From an uncultured Lentimicrobiaceae bacterium (lineage in GTDB: Bacteria; Bacteroidota; Bacteroidia; Bacteroidales; WCHB1-69): DNA of 64,000 nt. Below, piece by piece: positions 62,901 through 64,000 of the stretch. How positions within the stretch are numbered: position 1 is the first letter of the stretch; each line of letters begins with the position of its first letter. Under the pieces are notes generated by a model, which worked only from the letters and a program-made list of their open reading frames with translations, was not told the origin of the DNA and made no database searches. Position numbers and translations under genes: made by a program. Where the stretch lies: assembly GCA_964610025.1 (NCBI GenBank), contig CAZSTX010000003.1:11080-75079 (forward strand). Reading direction: 5' to 3'.

Positions 62901-63586
62901 TTCATATCTAATAGCAGAAAAAACACACTTAATAAAATCAAAGTGAAAGCAAACAGCCACAATATCAACTCAAATATCACTGTTTTATCGCTAAGTTTTA
63001 TTTCATCGGGATATTCAATCGAAAAAACAATGTCGCCTTTATTGTTTACTATACGGTATTGACCCGTTTGCTGATACAATTCAATATCTTGATCAACAGT
63101 TTTTTGAGAAAGAAAATTAAGCGCAAAAAATGTATTTTTGGTATATTCTTTTTTCTTTAACACATACACAGCTACTATTGTTAAAGAATCCAGTTGTTTT
63201 TCTTTATAATACACATAATCAGCCCCTACTCTTTGTATAGTTGTTGAAGGCAATGTTTTTTGTAATTTATAAGGCAAAGCTATACTATTAGACGACCAAG
63301 ACACAAGTTCTGATTGACGGTAAACATAAAAAACAAACTCATTCGTATTAATCTTATTTTTATTGCAAAAAGAAAGTAAATCAGCTAATGCTACTATTTT
63401 ATCTTCGGCTATAATCGTCAAATAATTATCCAATTTTTTTTCTTTTTTTAAAAATTTATCTTGCAATATAGCAGTCAATTTTTCAGGTTTCACTCTTTGC
63501 TCATTTTTATATGACAACATAAAGCAAAGTATTAACATCAACAATCCAAATGCTAGATAAACAAAAGATTTCTTTTTAATTTTCAT
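59903..63586 (-). CDS. very large multi-pass membrane sensor histidine kinase
   Basis: 1227 aa. An N-terminal anchor is followed by an extracytoplasmic domain of about 170 aa. Then come a block of about 9-10 TMs, two further soluble segments separated by TMs, and a C-terminal HisKA (AHDIKNPLTPM) plus HATPase_c (N-box NLIRNAAQA, DFGKGM, GMGLGL). No response regulator lies in the window. Confidence 0.85.
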   Translation of the reverse strand: MKIKKKSFVYLAFGLLMLILCFMLSYKNEQRVKPEKLTAILQDKFLKKEKKLDNYLTIIAEDKIVALADLLSFCNKNKINTNEFVFYVYRQSELVSWSSNSIALPYKLQKTLPSTTIQRVGADYVYYKEKQLDSLTIVAVYVLKKKEYTKNTFFALNFLSQKTVDQDIELYQQTGQYRIVNNKGDIVFSIEYPDEIKLSDKTVIFELILWLFAFTLILLSVFFLLLDMKCFSENTNWIWLTLGLLIVLVMSVLYFFKMPFSLYASNLFSSLYYASYLSSLGTLIIQTYFLFIFAIFFENTFSLNFHFKEKVMKYMLRYFMIIVAICLYIYVFIFLYSIINDTTITISPVLLYKYDELSLMILFSISSLFWILTFIFKKIMEETLKLFSSLKSFVYNLIFISIPIIAIASLIYSNIFTFYYMYFVYLGILILFVVVVVLKIIYSHKFSSYIYYSILFLLFGLIIFFISEKINTMKLERQKENFAEMLLLTEDPLMVYDLCEIEDSLHSDIKIANFLKQSNHITDDIEAYLNTYYFYKYIEQYKIGFQIAYSSQEQDSEVIKTYNDQFVKSEKLSQDKNVGFLRIGLGKPYYIIKISFPFINTKAENDTAFLFFEMETNANFTKPIINKNPHRIEKELTTLSYAEYENDTLKTYRETRAFYKLSLKKYNLDTIYTGLTFDADGFSHTIYKTSTNNVLLLSTIKDSFVKKLSSVSFIFVILLIFAIIPFFIYYLIGLKSSFTSFRGQMQRLVISLLLISTVLGAVFFIHYTLSSNKSEMLRNSIYRINLINNMIMSSLDDCNLLSSTDMKEIDFTCSSGVLQDYIPSISIFHLKGNKISIKQKKATIVSFENTLINPYALQAINYDASSMYIEENIKGDNQYIILYKPIINKKGEIVAYLSYSNLERKSRMDYQLTSFFSTFLSFYGLFILFAILVGTLMTRYVSMSLTKISNHLAKVKLLSINEKIEWKRKDEIGLLIQEYNRLIDELEISVELLSRSERELAWKELAQQIAHDIKNPLTPMKLRTQQIRKEIEDGKIEMEKIEQYTNMLLNQIETINDITSSFYILTKIHQGEGMKENLIAIIKNVLNLHLQQKSYVVIFDNQTNKDYAFVYIQKTQLIRVFNNLIRNAAQARKEHEIQKIIIGLKDYGSQMWEIQIKDFGKGMDQNTVKHAFVPRFTTKSTGMGLGLVMVKNIINDWNGTIDVESVLGQGTTFIIRLPKFSEKYEIE

Positions 63587-63596
63587 ATCAATACAA

Positions 63597-64000
63597 TTAT
63601 AATAAATGACGAATAGGCATAATTAATAAGGCTAAAAATCGCTTAAAAAATGGTCGTTCTTTCCATTGTTCAAAATCAAAAGGAATACTATCAATTAATG
63701 TTTGTTCAATGTGGTTTTTAACTAAATTTTTCACTTGTTCATTACTGCTAATTAAGGCTATCTCAAACATATATTTAAAACTTCTATGGTCAAAATTAGT
63801 AGAACCTATTGAAAAAATAGCCTCATCGATAAACAGTAATTTTGAATGTAAATTGCTTTTAGTATAAAAATAAATTTTAACTCCTTTTTTATGCAAATTT
63901 TCCCAAAGTGCATCGCGTAAATAATCAACCATTTTCAAATCAGAAGTTTGAGGTACTATTACTTTCACATCTACAGCTCTTTTCGAAGCATTAATTAGCT
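63597..64000 (-). CDS. phospholipase D / cardiolipin synthase family protein, C-terminal part (5' end beyond the window)
   Basis: HKD motif LHSKLLFIDEAIFSIGSTNFDHRSF. The frame stays open upstream of the ORF-track GTG through position 64000 (...LINASKRAVDVKVIVPQ). Confidence 0.8.
   Translation of the reverse strand, partial: LINASKRAVDVKVIVPQTSDLKMVDYLRDALWENLHKKGVKIYFYTKSNLHSKLLFIDEAIFSIGSTNFDHRSFKYMFEIALISSNEQVKNLVKNHIEQTLIDSIPFDFEQWKERPFFKRFLALLIMPIRHLL

Overview
Low-GC (about 30% by eye) Bacteroidota chromosome segment. It has Bacteroidetes-type TAnnTTTG promoter boxes, almost no Shine-Dalgarno sites, and T9SS/gliding genes (sprA, gldB, gldH-like). Most of the window is housekeeping: guaB, der, queD, ruvC, prmC, ruvA, sprA, rpmH (missed by the ORF track), mutS2, rplM-rpsI-rpsB-tsf, panDC, sufD, thiL, dacB, cdaA, purE and lpxD. 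It also holds the classical block tRNA-Thr/Tyr/Gly/Thr-tuf-tRNA-Trp-secE-nusG-rplKAJL-rpoBC. There are four accessory patches. (1) A 4.5-kb, integrase-less islet at 32.3-36.9 kb sits between convergent dacB and yitT and is bounded by perfect 30-bp direct repeats. It holds three Rhs-core/C-terminal toxin cassettes with small putative immunity genes, and each cassette is preceded by the same promoter-plus-ATG junction module. This is the most interesting locus. (2) Two tandem lipoprotein paralogs carry a Fibrobacter-type (FISUMP) domain and have mosaic, near-identical 5' modules (21.2-23.7 kb). (3) A Type II R-M pair lies next to a 19-bp-stem palindrome (55.8-57.8 kb). (4) A small decayed patch has a pRiA4b-ORF3-like gene fragment and an unknown 197-aa ORF (4.8-5.9 kb). 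No CRISPR array, rRNA, transposase or integrase was seen. All family calls rest on motif recognition by eye; no searches were run.
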